Assembly: GCA_024137785.1 (NCBI GenBank)
Contig: JAHRHZ010000066.1
Coordinates: 3,758,321 to 3,822,320 of the forward strand
Direction: 5' to 3'
DNA: 64,000 nucleotides
Source of the DNA: Ginglymostoma cirratum
Lineage: Eukaryota
Positions 50,513 through 61,860 of this stretch are shown piece by piece. A program made the translations under genes and the position numbers. The notes beneath the pieces were generated by a model that worked only from the letters and a program-made list of their open reading frames with translations, made no database searches and was not told where the DNA came from. Position 1 is the stretch's first letter; each line of letters opens with the position of its first letter.

Positions 50513-53189
50513 TGAAGAAGGCTTTTTGTATGCTTGTCTTTATTGGTCAGTGCATTGAGTATAGGAGTTGGGAGGTTATGTTTGGTTGTACAGGAGATTG
50601 GTAATATCACTTTTGGAATATTGCATTCAATTCTAGTCTCCCTGCTATAGGGAGGATGTTGTGAAACTTGAAAGGGTTCAGAAAAGATTTACATCTTTTG
50701 TTGCTAGGGTTGGAGAGTTTGAGTTATATGGAGAGGCTGAATAGGCTCGGACTATTTTCCCTGGAGCGTCAGAGGCTGAGGAGTGACCTTATAGAGGTTT
50801 ACAACTTCATGAGGGTATGGATAAGGTCTTTTCACTCGGGTGGGTGAGTCCAAAACTAGATGGCATAGGTTTAAGGTGAGAGGAAAAAGATTTAGAAGGT
50901 GATGTGTGTATGGAATGAGCTGCCAGAGGAAGTGGTGGAAGCTGGTGCGATTACAACATATACAAGGCATTTGAATGGGTATATGAATAGGAAGGGTTTA
51001 GAGGGATATGGGCCAAACGCTGGCAAACGGGACTAAATTAATATAGGATATCTGGTCGGCATGAACAAGTTGGGCTGAAGGGTCTGTTTCCATACTATAC
51101 AGTTTTATGACTATGACTCTAATTAATTCCAGACACCGGTTTTGAACCTCAAACAGAAGGCAAAACCATTTACTAAATAACACAATAACTTTAGCAAAGG
51201 AACAATTAAGAAAAATGGAAAACTGAGGTCTATGCTTTAAACCCAAAACGTTTCATTTCAGCACCCAATCACATGAAAGGCAATTAGACAAACAACACAG
51301 TTAAAGGATAAATAAAAGAAAACAACGTAACTTGCCAGATAAATATATATTTATAAATATACATAAATATGGATTCCTTTATTCCTTTTCTGAAACATTG
51401 ATCAGGATCACCTTCTCAATTTACTCAGGCAAAGGCAGCAATAATTCTAATGAGGCTTTCTATTTTTTGGGCTTCCAGAGCTGAAGTAGCATATTAGGCA
51501 GGGAGCTGTCAAATCCTCATGCTGTCACAGTAGTAACCCAGAACCACCTCTCAGAAAACATAGTTCAAAAAATAGCTTCAGTCCTAACAGACTGATTGAC
51601 TCTTCCCCAGGTCTCCATTACCATTCAATACCTGGCATCTACTTTAATATAGGATCTCTTCTAGACTTTCCAGAACCAATTCCCAGGTACTGGCCTCATT
51701 AGTAGCCAACTTCAGCTGTCTGCTAAAAACACAATGCTCTTCCCGGAATTGCTGGGTCTGTTGGAACCTTTTAAGTGAAGAATTAGTTTACAGTTTTCCT
51801 CTAGGCCTGGCCTAAGCAACAAACAAACTTGCTTGGTCTGTTCTTTTCCTGTTACCATGAGCTGTCCCAAAGTTCAGAAGTCAGTTCCAGCTCAAAATTC
51901 GAAATTTATAAAAGAATAAAACTTTAAAAAATTTGAAATCAGTGAGGGCTATAACACTTGGTTTAGAGTAAGTGGATGCTTTGAACAACTGGAGGTGGAA
52001 CCTGGTCCAATCCATGAGTTGGATGCATGACCCACAAAGTGGTGTGTCCTTCCAGTAACACTACAGTGATAGGTGCAGCAGTGACGTGTAGAAGTGATTC
52101 AGAGATATGCCATGAGGGTTCTTAAAGGCTGGTGCATAATAAATGTCAATTGGATGCTGATGTCTGTGGATGTGGGGTGCATGCGGTCAGTGTCCTTGGA
52201 GTGTGCCCTGAGATGTTGGTGCCTAGTGTCCAACAATGAGCTCCTATGGAGCAAGTGGTGAGTAAAATTCACCAGGGACACCTTCTGACTTCCATTTTGA
52301 GTATTCTTAATGTCTAGTTTGTTTGGCATATTCGGGAAATTAGGAATCTGAATATTAATGATACTTTTAACAAGCCCTTTAATAATTCCCCTTATTTGGC
52401 ATCTCCCTGCTGCCTAGTGATATACTTGCCTCTCAACTTGGTGGATGCTTAAGAGATGCAGTGAGTTGCTTCCAATTTTGAGATAATCCTCTCTACACTT
52501 CTCATATGATTATGCCACAAATCTCATCATAGCTGAAGCTGCTCAGGCCCCTATAAGATTCCACCCAATATCTATTTAGTTGGTAGAGGAAGGTGCCATA
52601 TTGTTGACAGAAAGTGATGTCATAACAGAGAAAGGAAAAACAAAGGTGCATGGGCAAGAGGTTGACTGAAAGCAACAGAATACAAGTGGAACCAATGCTG
52701 AAAGCGAAAAAACACAAAGATTCTGGATGACTTGATTGATAATACTCACCATAATTATAAGCTATGTAAATTGGAGTTATATGAATACATTGGGGCAACT
52801 AATTATACAAGAAAAGTGCCACCTTCAACATATTCGGCAAATGGTAAAGTGAAATTGTCACTCTTAAGTGGGTCAGCTGATTGACTGAGTGATCTTCTTT
52901 TGGGAACAGCAACAAAACCAGAATACTTCTTTAAAAGAAATCAGATAATACATTAGCCAAGTAAGATTTCTAATCAATGTCTTTATTTTGGCTTAGGAAG
53001 AAAGGATCTCTAACATGGTCTGTCATAGAACACTTATGCTTTAACAGAAACTGAAAATGCAGAGAGTAACACAAAAATGTCAATGTACATGTAGATGCTG
53101 CTTTTGATGCTGATGATGTGTTTAGCTTATCAACAAACAAACAGGTGTAGATGCAATTGATGTGCTTGTAGCAATTTTCCACGAATTCT

Positions 53190-54350
53190 TAGATTCTAGA
53201 AAACTGTCACATCATTAGAAAATTGCCAACATTATACCCTGATTCAAAAAGGTATAGGGAGACAAAAAGAAAACAGGAACTATAGACCAGGTAGCTTAAC
53301 TTCTGCCATTGAGAAAATGTTAGCGTCCATAGTGAAGGATGCAATGGGGAACATTTAGGAATAAAATTACAATCAAGCAGAGTCAACATAGTTTCATGAA
53401 AGGGAGGCCTATTAAGAGTTTTGTGAGGAGGTAATAAGCAGGATAAATAAAGGAGAATCAGCAGATGTAATATTTTTGGATTCCCAAAAAGCGTTTGATA
53501 AGGTACTACATGTAAGGCTATTTCATAAGGTAAGATGTTGAGGTAATATACTGGCATGGATCGAGGGTTGACTAACTGGTAGAAGTCTAAGAGTTGGGAC
53601 AAAAGGAATATTCACAGAAGGGCTAGGAGGAACTGCCGATGCTGGAGTCTGAGATGACAAGGTGCGGAGCTGGATGAACACAGCAGGCCAGGCAGCATCA
53701 GAGGAGAAGGGAAGTTGACGTTTTGAGTCTGGACCCTACTTCAGAAAATAAAGATTTCTGAAGAAGTGTCCAGACCTGAAATGTCAGCTTTCCTGCTCCT
53801 CTGATGCTACCTGGCCTGCTGTATTCACAGAAGGGCAATTTGTCACTAATGGGTGCCACAGGGATCAGTGCTGGGCTGTAATTATTTGCAACATACTTTA
53901 ATGATTTGGATGACAGAATTGAATGTACCATTGCCAAATTAATAGATGACACAAAAATAGGTGGGAAAGCAAGTCATGAGGACGACACGCAGAGAGATAT
54001 TTTGCATGAGTAGGTGAAATTTTGGCAGATGGAATGGGAAAATATGAGGTTATGCACTTTGACAGGAAGAATAGAAAAGCTGAATATTATTTAAAAGGGG
54101 AAAGACTTCAAAAGGCTGCAATACAGTGGGATTTTGGAGCTCTCGTACACGAACTACAAAAAGCTACATTCTAAATTCAGCAGATAATAAGGAAGACAAA
54201 CAGATGTTTGGGTTTCATTTCAATGAAATGGAATATAAAAATAAGGAGGTCTTGCTAAAATTAAACAAACCTGTAATCATTCCAAACCAAGAGTACTATG
54301 AATGGTTTTAGTTCCCCTCTCTAATGAAAAATCTAAAGACAGTCCAGATC
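53190..54350 (+). mobile_element. CR1 LINE RT region interrupted at 53624-53821
   Basis: aactatagaccaggtagcttaac (NYRP.SL), ttggattcccaaaaagcgtttgataaggta (DFQKAFDKV), gtgccacagggatcagtgctggg (VPQGSVLG) and gatgacacaaaa (DDTK). Confidence 0.9.
53609..53836 (-). mobile_element. Palindromic family A Penelope-derived element with perfect 15-bp TSD
   Basis: TSD tattcacagaagggc at 53609-53623 and 53822-53836. Two inverted, mutated hammerhead cores lie around 53715-53785. Confidence 0.9.
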
Positions 54351-54379
54351 ACACTGAAGCATGTCTCAACCCTCCTCAC

Positions 54380-54630
54380 AGTTCATCTTGCATCCAGATT
54401 TATGGCATCTGCAAAACTGAAGTTGTTACATTTAGTTCCCTCACTTAAATCATTAACATTCGAATCGTGAATTGGTAGGATCCAAGCATTGATCCCTACG
54501 GCAGTCCACAAGCCACTAGCTTCTCCTTGAAGAAAGACATGATTATTCCTACTCATTGTTTCCAGTCTACCAACCAGCTCTCCATCCATGTCAGTAAACT
54601 TACTGCAATCCCACAGGATCATTTTGTGGC
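54380..54630 (-). mobile_element. CR1-like RT fragment
   Basis: ORF 54383..54622 contains NVNDLSEGTKCNNFSFADA (the ND L...C....FADD motif). Confidence 0.65.
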
Positions 54631-55760
54631 ATGTATTTCATCTTTAATTACTAACTCATTTGCACTCATGAGATAAGTATTTCAGTTATTTCATCATGGA
54701 AAATTTGTTTGAAATTATTATTAAGAAACTTTATTTGAAACTTTCGACACTCTGTTTTCCAGAAGTACGACGGGTAGCCAAGGTTGTATGTTAATGAAGT
54801 TCAGACAGAACATCACATTCTTTCACTCTTTACCACTTTGCTTAAAAGTGTCCTCTTCAACTGTCAATCACTAAGCAGTGTCTAAATAGTGGCTATTCTT
54901 TGTGCAGTAACCTTGACAGTGAATAAGAAATTATCATTCATCTGTGAGGACGGGAAAGCATTGCATAATCCTAGTCGTACCATATTTCCACACAGAAATG
55001 CATTCCAGCAGATGTCACCCAATTAAGATAAACAGCGTGATTCCGGACTCTCTTTCTAGATCAGGATCCTGAAGTTGATTGCCACACCCCTACTATCTGA
55101 GATCACTTACTTGAGCACGAGCCAATCTGGTTAAAAATGCTCAATTGCACATTGGCTTCAGCAACTGAGCTGGTTGGAGGAAGGGCCTATATCTTCGATC
55201 TGTTATGTTCTTCAGATGATGCAAAACTGGAAGAAATAATTCTAAGTCAGTAATAAACACAGCTGTATTAAAAAACAGCATTAACGTAGAATTCAGAGTT
55301 GCTTAAATATTTCAGTGTTCTGTAGGACTGCATGTAGATCATGTTGGGATGAAGGTCATCTTGTTCAGACTATATTTATATACATGTCACTCACACACTT
55401 AATGGTCAGTGTTCTTTTGCCACAGTGTCAGCAGGCTGCTATAGAACAGCATCTAAATATTCAGATCAAATGCATGTTCAGCATGGCACCATATTGTACT
55501 TGATTTCTCAGTGACTATACAACTGAAAGACTGCCACTGTTGGAAGGCATAAATACTCATCTTCCTTGCATATATTCCATCATTTGGATTACTATGAGTT
55601 TCTATCATGGAACATTGTTTTTTGAAAGGTGCTTAAGGGATGAGGATGCAGCTATCAACCAACTCATGTGCAAAGTGCAGTGAGAAAACAGGATGCTGTT
55701 ATAGAAGCAGCATGACCTCCCTAGTGGCACTGATCAGCCAACAGCTTCCATGCTGGCACC

Positions 55761-55958
55761 TCTCAGCAGGTGGGATAAAGGCAAAATACTACGGATGCTA
55801 GAAATGTGAAACAAACTCAGAGAACTTTGGAGAAACTCAACAGGTGTGGTGAGAGAAACAGAACCATATTGAAGAAGAGTCATACTGCATTCAAAATGTT
55901 AATTCTGTTTCTCTCTCGACCGATGCTGCCAGACCTGGTGAGTTTTCTCAGTAGGTGG
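55761..55958. mobile_element. Old palindromic family B Penelope-derived element with 13-bp TSD (1 mismatch)
   Basis: TSD tctcagcaggtgg / tctcagtaggtgg. Degenerate core ttgaagaagagtcatactgcattcaaaatgtta. Confidence 0.7.
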
Positions 55959-57649
55959 AACTTGTGTTACAAGCGCCCTTGATCTCAGAAAATGCTTACT
56001 GCTGGCTAGGCAATGCAAGTCTCTCACCTGCTCTTCAGTCAGCAAATGAGACCCTGACATCTCCATTAAATCCAGTCCCAAGTATGTAAAAGATGCAGAA
56101 TGCAATTTATTGCTACAGCAGGACCAATTGGAATTCATCTTTTGTCTAATAAAGGTACATTCACCGTGCTTTGACTTAGGTTAAATGCACAAAGTACTGA
56201 ACTGTTAGGCTATAAAATAAACCTTTAAACAGTTTCTTGTAAACTAAAGACCACAAGATACATAACGTAATGGGTTGTTTCTCTAATTGCATTTACCCAC
56301 CATCCAGTAGAACATAAAATTAAGCAATTAAGGTCCTTGCATGAGAAAGATTAGGGGAAATAAGAAAAATAATTTTAAAGTATGCAAGTATGGAAGCTGT
56401 GTTAAGACAGAATTACATTTATTTGTCATGTTCCTCATATTGAAATAGTTTGCTGCTATTCTTATTTAAATTCTTCTATCTGTGCTGATTTGAGCTGGAA
56501 GCACACCCCAAGTGAAAAAAAACATCAATTATTGTGAATGTTAGATGGCTATTTTAACATGACAAGTATCACAATCAAGCCTAATCCTGTTTAGAATTAA
56601 GGTAGATACACAGTCACCTTCTAACATACTACAATTGGCAGCAATCAGAAATAGGAACTCTCCCTTAATTTTCTTCTTCAGGGAAATTGCAGTGATGTTC
56701 AAGCTATTGGGAATCCTCTTCCCACATCAAAAAATTGCCAGAATTCAGCTATCTCCAACTTTAAAAAATGTTGTTTCAAATAATCTAGTTAATGGTTCGT
56801 AGGTTTTAGTGTGCTGGGCTGATTGGATAATGACCATGATTAGTGTTGTGTATAATTTTTCAGTTTTATGAATTAACGTTCAACAGCGAAAGATGGGGTA
56901 AATGCAACTGCAGCATGTGGAAGTCCAGCATGCTTTTAAAAGGTTGGAATTATGTTGCTTTAAGAGGTTTACAACTAGAAGGGTAGGATCAGAAACAGCA
57001 GGTGCACTTGCTGAGCTGACGTCTTACACTGCTCATAGTAATGACAGTCCAGAGAGATTGTTTGCTTTGGGAGTTAACGCTAATCAGCCAACCAATTAGC
57101 ACTCTGCTCTCATACAATATAAATGTTGTTTTCCCTTTACACTGATATTTCTTGTGAATAGCTCTGATGAGTACAAGACAAAACACTTCAACAAATTGTC
57201 TTTTTCTGCAATACTCAGTCAAAGTTAAATTAATTAAAATCATTCAGTGAACTTTAAAGGACTGTGAAGCAAATTTACTTCATTTGATCAAAGAAGAAAT
57301 TGTAAATGAGGGATACTTAACCTAAATGCCGGATTATGGATTGCTCAGAGCAGGCAACATCATCATGAAATGGGTGGAGTTAAAGATGATTCACTGGTTT
57401 CAATTTATCTGTGCCTTAGTTGGGATAGGAGATAGTTAGAGTTTGGTGCTGAAAAGCTGGATATGTGTGCTGTTAATGTACATGTAATGGAACAGAATGA
57501 AACAGTACATGCGCAGGAAGTGGCAGCAAACACAATGGTAAAGGTAGTATCAGACAGCTACAAATGGCCTTAAGAGATTGAAGTAGAAACATTTTGAGCA
57601 GAGATGGCAGCTAATTCAATCAAATTTTGATATCAATATTGTGGTCATT

Positions 57650-58450
57650 ATCTAATCAGACCCATCACCATGGCTGAAGAAGCAGAAACCACAGCAAAGA
57701 GAGATGGCATTATGTGGCATAGTTAGAATAACATCAATTGCATGGGAATGCTGTAAGTTACATTGCAATACAGAGAGTGAAGGAGAGTTTGAAATGTTTC
57801 TGCAGTTCACAATCAACACTCCCCAATTATGAGCCAGCATGCATGTTTGGTTTTCAATATCTTTAAGAGCACTGATGAGGTGGAACCCACTGGTTCCAAT
57901 AAAACAACTCATCCAGAGACAAAATGTTGTCAACCAATGGCTCAAGAGCCAACCTGTCAAAGAGTTCATTGTGCTTCATAGACTCACAATGCAACCCAAA
58001 ATGAATAAGGGATGTGTCAAGATTACCTACAACGGCACAAATAAATTTCAAGTACCTGAGAAGCAATGAAGGAGAGCAAGCCAAAAAAATCCCATGAATT
58101 TCATTGGGAACAAAAGAGTGATTGAGACTGTGCAGCCATGCACCAGTGTTGTGTTTAAGGGCAGTCAGACCAAGAGTCCAGCAAGTCGGTTGAGAACACA
58201 TACTGTGAGTGCCTATAGCATTTCGCAGTTGTTGGTAACTTTCTAGTGTATGAAATCCCACCAGTTATTCTACTTTTCCTTCAGGAAGATATGTATTGTA
58301 ATGGATACACTGGGCGCAAGTTGGGTGCCAGGTGTGCAGCCAGGGCTCAGTCAGGGGGTGTGGTGGCTAGAAATCTTAATAGAGTTTGAAGATCTCATAG
58401 CTCATTGTGAAATCTGTTGTTATACAGAATTGTCAGGCCTGGTAAAACTC
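57650..58450. mobile_element. Possible highly decayed Harbinger transposon (transposase C-terminus on -, Myb-like remnant on +)
   Basis: Minus-strand peptide WGVL...LQCN...MPHNAI echoes the HARBI1-type IGVLK...LQY....MLHN.AI. The plus strand at 58060-58400 weakly resembles the Myb-like ORF. Confidence 0.3.
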
Positions 58451-59198
58451 CCGTCAACACTGAAGGCAGATCAAAAGGAAAAGTTCAGCAAAGTTTGCAA
58501 GCAGAAACAATGAACAAGAATAAACAGTACAATGGATCCATTCAGGATCCTTAAACTGATTTTGATCATACAGTGGAGGAATCTGGTACAAGTTGATTCA
58601 GCACAATTGTGAATGCCAGTGACACAGAGAGAGCTGAATGAGTAGCAATCTTCCAGTAACACAACTAACAATGTGAGAAAATCTTGTTCACCAGACAAAA
58701 AAAAATCACAGAGGGTGACTGAAGATGTCCAACCTTTATCAAGAAACTGAGGGAGATGAGCTGCATATGGCTCTGTGAGTGTTAGACGAACACCAAAAGA
58801 TTCAGGACATGATCAAGAAGAAGTCATTATCTTGTTTAAGCATCCAGGATACTGCAGAAAGAGATTATAGGTGGAATCTTACCAGGTCCTGAACGACAAG
58901 GGTTATGGCAAGAAATGTGAAAGAAATGCGTGAGAAACGGAATGAAGTCTTTCTTGATCTCAACAACAAATTGAATTTTCCATCTATGTTCTGGAAGTCA
59001 ACGTGAGACTCTTGCTAGTGAATGATGAGTGGCCAATTGAAGGTGATCATTGCTCATTATTACCCTCATTATTTACTTCGCCTCTTCTCCTTGATAGGAA
59101 CTATGTCTTATTGAACCACTCGCTGGATAGAAGCTACACTCTGAAAAGTCAGAGTCGTTACTTGGTAACCCCAGCTCCTCTGAATTTCCCATCTTGGA

Positions 59199-59364
59199 CA
59201 CCCACTACTAATGAGTTCTGAGGAAGGGTCACTGGACCTGAAAAGTTAACTCTGTTTTTCCTTCACGGATGCTGTCAGACCTGCTGAGCTTTTCCAGCAA
59301 CTTTGTTTTTGTTCCTGTTTTACAGCATCCGTAGTTCTTTTGTTTTTTTCACCCAGTACTAATG
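59199..59364 (+). mobile_element. Family B Penelope-derived monomer with hammerhead core and 15-bp TSD (1 mismatch)
   Basis: TSD cacccactactaatg / cacccagtactaatg. Core gagtt CTGAGGA a gggtc-actg-gacct GAAAaGTT aactc, with perfect stem I gagtt/aactc. Confidence 0.88.
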
Positions 59365-59479
59365 CCTCAGGGAACACTCTATCGAAAGTAGCTACAAGCC
59401 CTGCATATCCAAGGACCTAGGCATCCAACATGATAGCCTCTCCACACTACCATGGCACATCTTTGATCTACTTATAACT

Positions 59480-59715
59480 CTGGAGTCAGATGCAGCCCAA
59501 ATGAGGGAATGATGACAGATTTCCTTTGTTAAAGCGTTTTCATGAACCAGATGGTTTTTACAACACTCAACAATAAAGTTTTTTTTTGATCACCATTAAA
59601 CAATCTTCGATAATTCCAGATTTTTATTTTAAATTTCACCATCTGCCATGGTGGGATTCGAACTTATTTCCTCAAAACATTAGACCGAGATTTATGGACT
59701 GGTCTGTCTAATGAC
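59480..59715 (-). mobile_element. tRNA-derived SINE (old)
   Basis: gggattcgaac is an antisense B box; catctgccatggtgggattcgaac is homologous to the SINE at 23375. Confidence 0.6.
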
Positions 59716-60386
59716 TTTATCACTACACCAATATCTCCCCAGATTTATTTTGGATCTCCAGCATCCACAGTGCTTTTTGCTTTTATTATGGGAGAGACTT
59801 CTTCTTCCTTGAGCTTGTAAACACTTGTAAATCAAGGTGTGGCATGTGAAAAGCAGCACAGCCTTTCAATGGTGGAAGGTGTGCCACATCTTTCACTTTG
59901 GAGAATCTTCACGTATCCTGGGGTGCTTCTTGGAAGTTTGTGACTTTCTGCTGGCGGAGTTGGTGTCTGGCTGGTCTTGCGGATTGTTTGACACTGGAAG
60001 GTCCTGCCAGGGGTGAGAATTTCTTTCTCGCTCACCGCATGATTCATTGAGTCGCTGACACATCTTATTTGCATTCATATAGAGATGAAAGACATGTCAT
60101 AACTTAGCCTGATCATTGGCAGATGTGATACCATCTCATTCACTCACTGCCATGCTTGAAATTCAAAATGGAAAATCTTGGCAGAGGTGTGATTTGGTAG
60201 ATGATTGTGGATTTGCTGCCCTTGCTCCCATTGTTTAGTGGAGGCTACAGATTGGTGAGATTATAAAGCAAAGATCAATTATCACACGATTACTGCATTA
60301 CCCTTGAGGTGACATCCATGTCATAAAGTACGTGACAAATCCTGTGGCTGAGTAATGTGCTGACACAGCGGAACCACATCACAACA

Positions 60387-60532
60387 CTGCAGTTTAATTC
60401 AAAGTTTTGGCAAAGATCTGTAGCTTGGGTTTTGGGTGAGGTTGTTGACTTGCTCGCTGAGCTGGCTTATTTTCGTTCAGAGGTTTCGTCACCATGCTAA
60501 GTGACATCATCAGCGAGGCCTCCTGCAGTTTA
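60387..60532 (-). mobile_element. Family D Penelope-derived element with hammerhead core and perfect 10-bp TSD
   Basis: TSD ctgcagttta at 60387-60396 and 60523-60532. Minus strand reads CTGATGA t GTCAC-ttagcatg-GTGAC GAAAC cTC tgaa (60513-60476). Confidence 0.85.
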
Positions 60533-61669
60533 CTATCAACAGGATGAAATAAACTTTTTTGATATTAACTCCCAAGTTTAGTACTTACATTTAATGCAAG
60601 TGAACGAATTACAAGCTGGCTTTAAGGCATAGTTCAGACCTCAGATGTTTATAATGTGTGTAAAGATTCAAGTAAAAGTCTACAAAAGTTCCTAATATCC
60701 TGCTACGATTTTTCTTCCAAGGAATTGCATGGACTTTTTACATTTAAAAATGGAATCATTACTTCACTGCTGTTTTGTGCCATCAAACATCACATGAAAT
60801 GTGTGACTACTCTGTAAGATCTACATTTTATTTAACATGTAACAGAACTTTCACTGAGTTGATCCCTTTTAAGATATTAAGTTATCTTTGATGATACTCA
60901 TTAAAACACAGCAATTATCTTAATCATAGTATAATTCTGGATCTCTGCTGGATATCCAGCAAATACAAGTTTGATAAGCTACAATTTCCCAAATCTGTGT
61001 CACAGCCAAACCACCTTCCTCACTGCCACCTATTATCTGTGCAATTGACATCAGTATTCATGTATTCGAGTTAGCTGGCTGCACATATCCAATTACGACA
61101 AATGACTCTTGCTTGCATAGGTCGTTTACTAAAACTAAACTATGCAGATAAGAGTTTAATGCACATTAAGTCTCAAAGTACTTAACTATCTTTCATTTCA
61201 AATGCATTCAGATCGCCAGCTCTGAAGAGCCAACAGTCACACAGCAGCCAGAGATCTTCTCATTCGCAATTCTTCTCATTTCATGACCAAATTTCCTCCA
61301 TCAAAACACCAAAAATGGCAGATTAAAATCATCATTCCTTTCTTTGGTGTTTGTGGAACTGTGCTGTGTTCACATGCCTTTTGTCTGGAGCATGCTTTGG
61401 TCTGCTTATTGCAGCTTTTGTGTGGTACTGATATGCTCCGAATCATTGTTCAAGGACGGCAAATAATAATTAGTGACTGCAGACAAGTTTGGTGGCGTAA
61501 GTTCTTCTTTTAGAAGTGCATAAGTCCTTTTAAAACAGTTCTGTGCACAACAGCAGAATATGCTAGGAGTGCTGCCAATATTTAATGCTCAAAGCTAATC
61601 ATCAGGTGGTGGCTATGTACATGCTTTGCAATTCAGCGGGTGATAATCACAAATATTATATTTAATGGG

Positions 61670-61860
61670 CTAAACTGTGAATGTTGGGAATCTGAAATAA
61701 AAACAGATAAATGCTAGAAACACGTAACAGGTCCCGAAACATTTGAAGAGAGGAAAAAGATATGATTAATGTTCAGAGTAGAAATCCAAGCTGAAAAGGC
61801 AACGTATATTTTCTCTTTGTGATTGCTGCCTGCATATTTCTGGCATTTTGTTCTTTTAAT
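61670..61860. mobile_element. Very old palindromic Penelope-derived remnant (another partial copy at 62350-62435)
   Basis: aatctgaaataaaaacagataaatgctagaaa ... atatttctggcattttgttc inverted ends. Confidence 0.5.

Larger units (their letters stand above)
50330..51120 (+). mobile_element. CR1/HER1-type LINE 3' portion interrupted at 50373-50505
   Basis: gtgaagaaggc...tttattggtcagtgcattgagtataggagttgg, tggaatgagctgccagaggaagtggtgga and terminal atgactatgactct. Confidence 0.92.
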
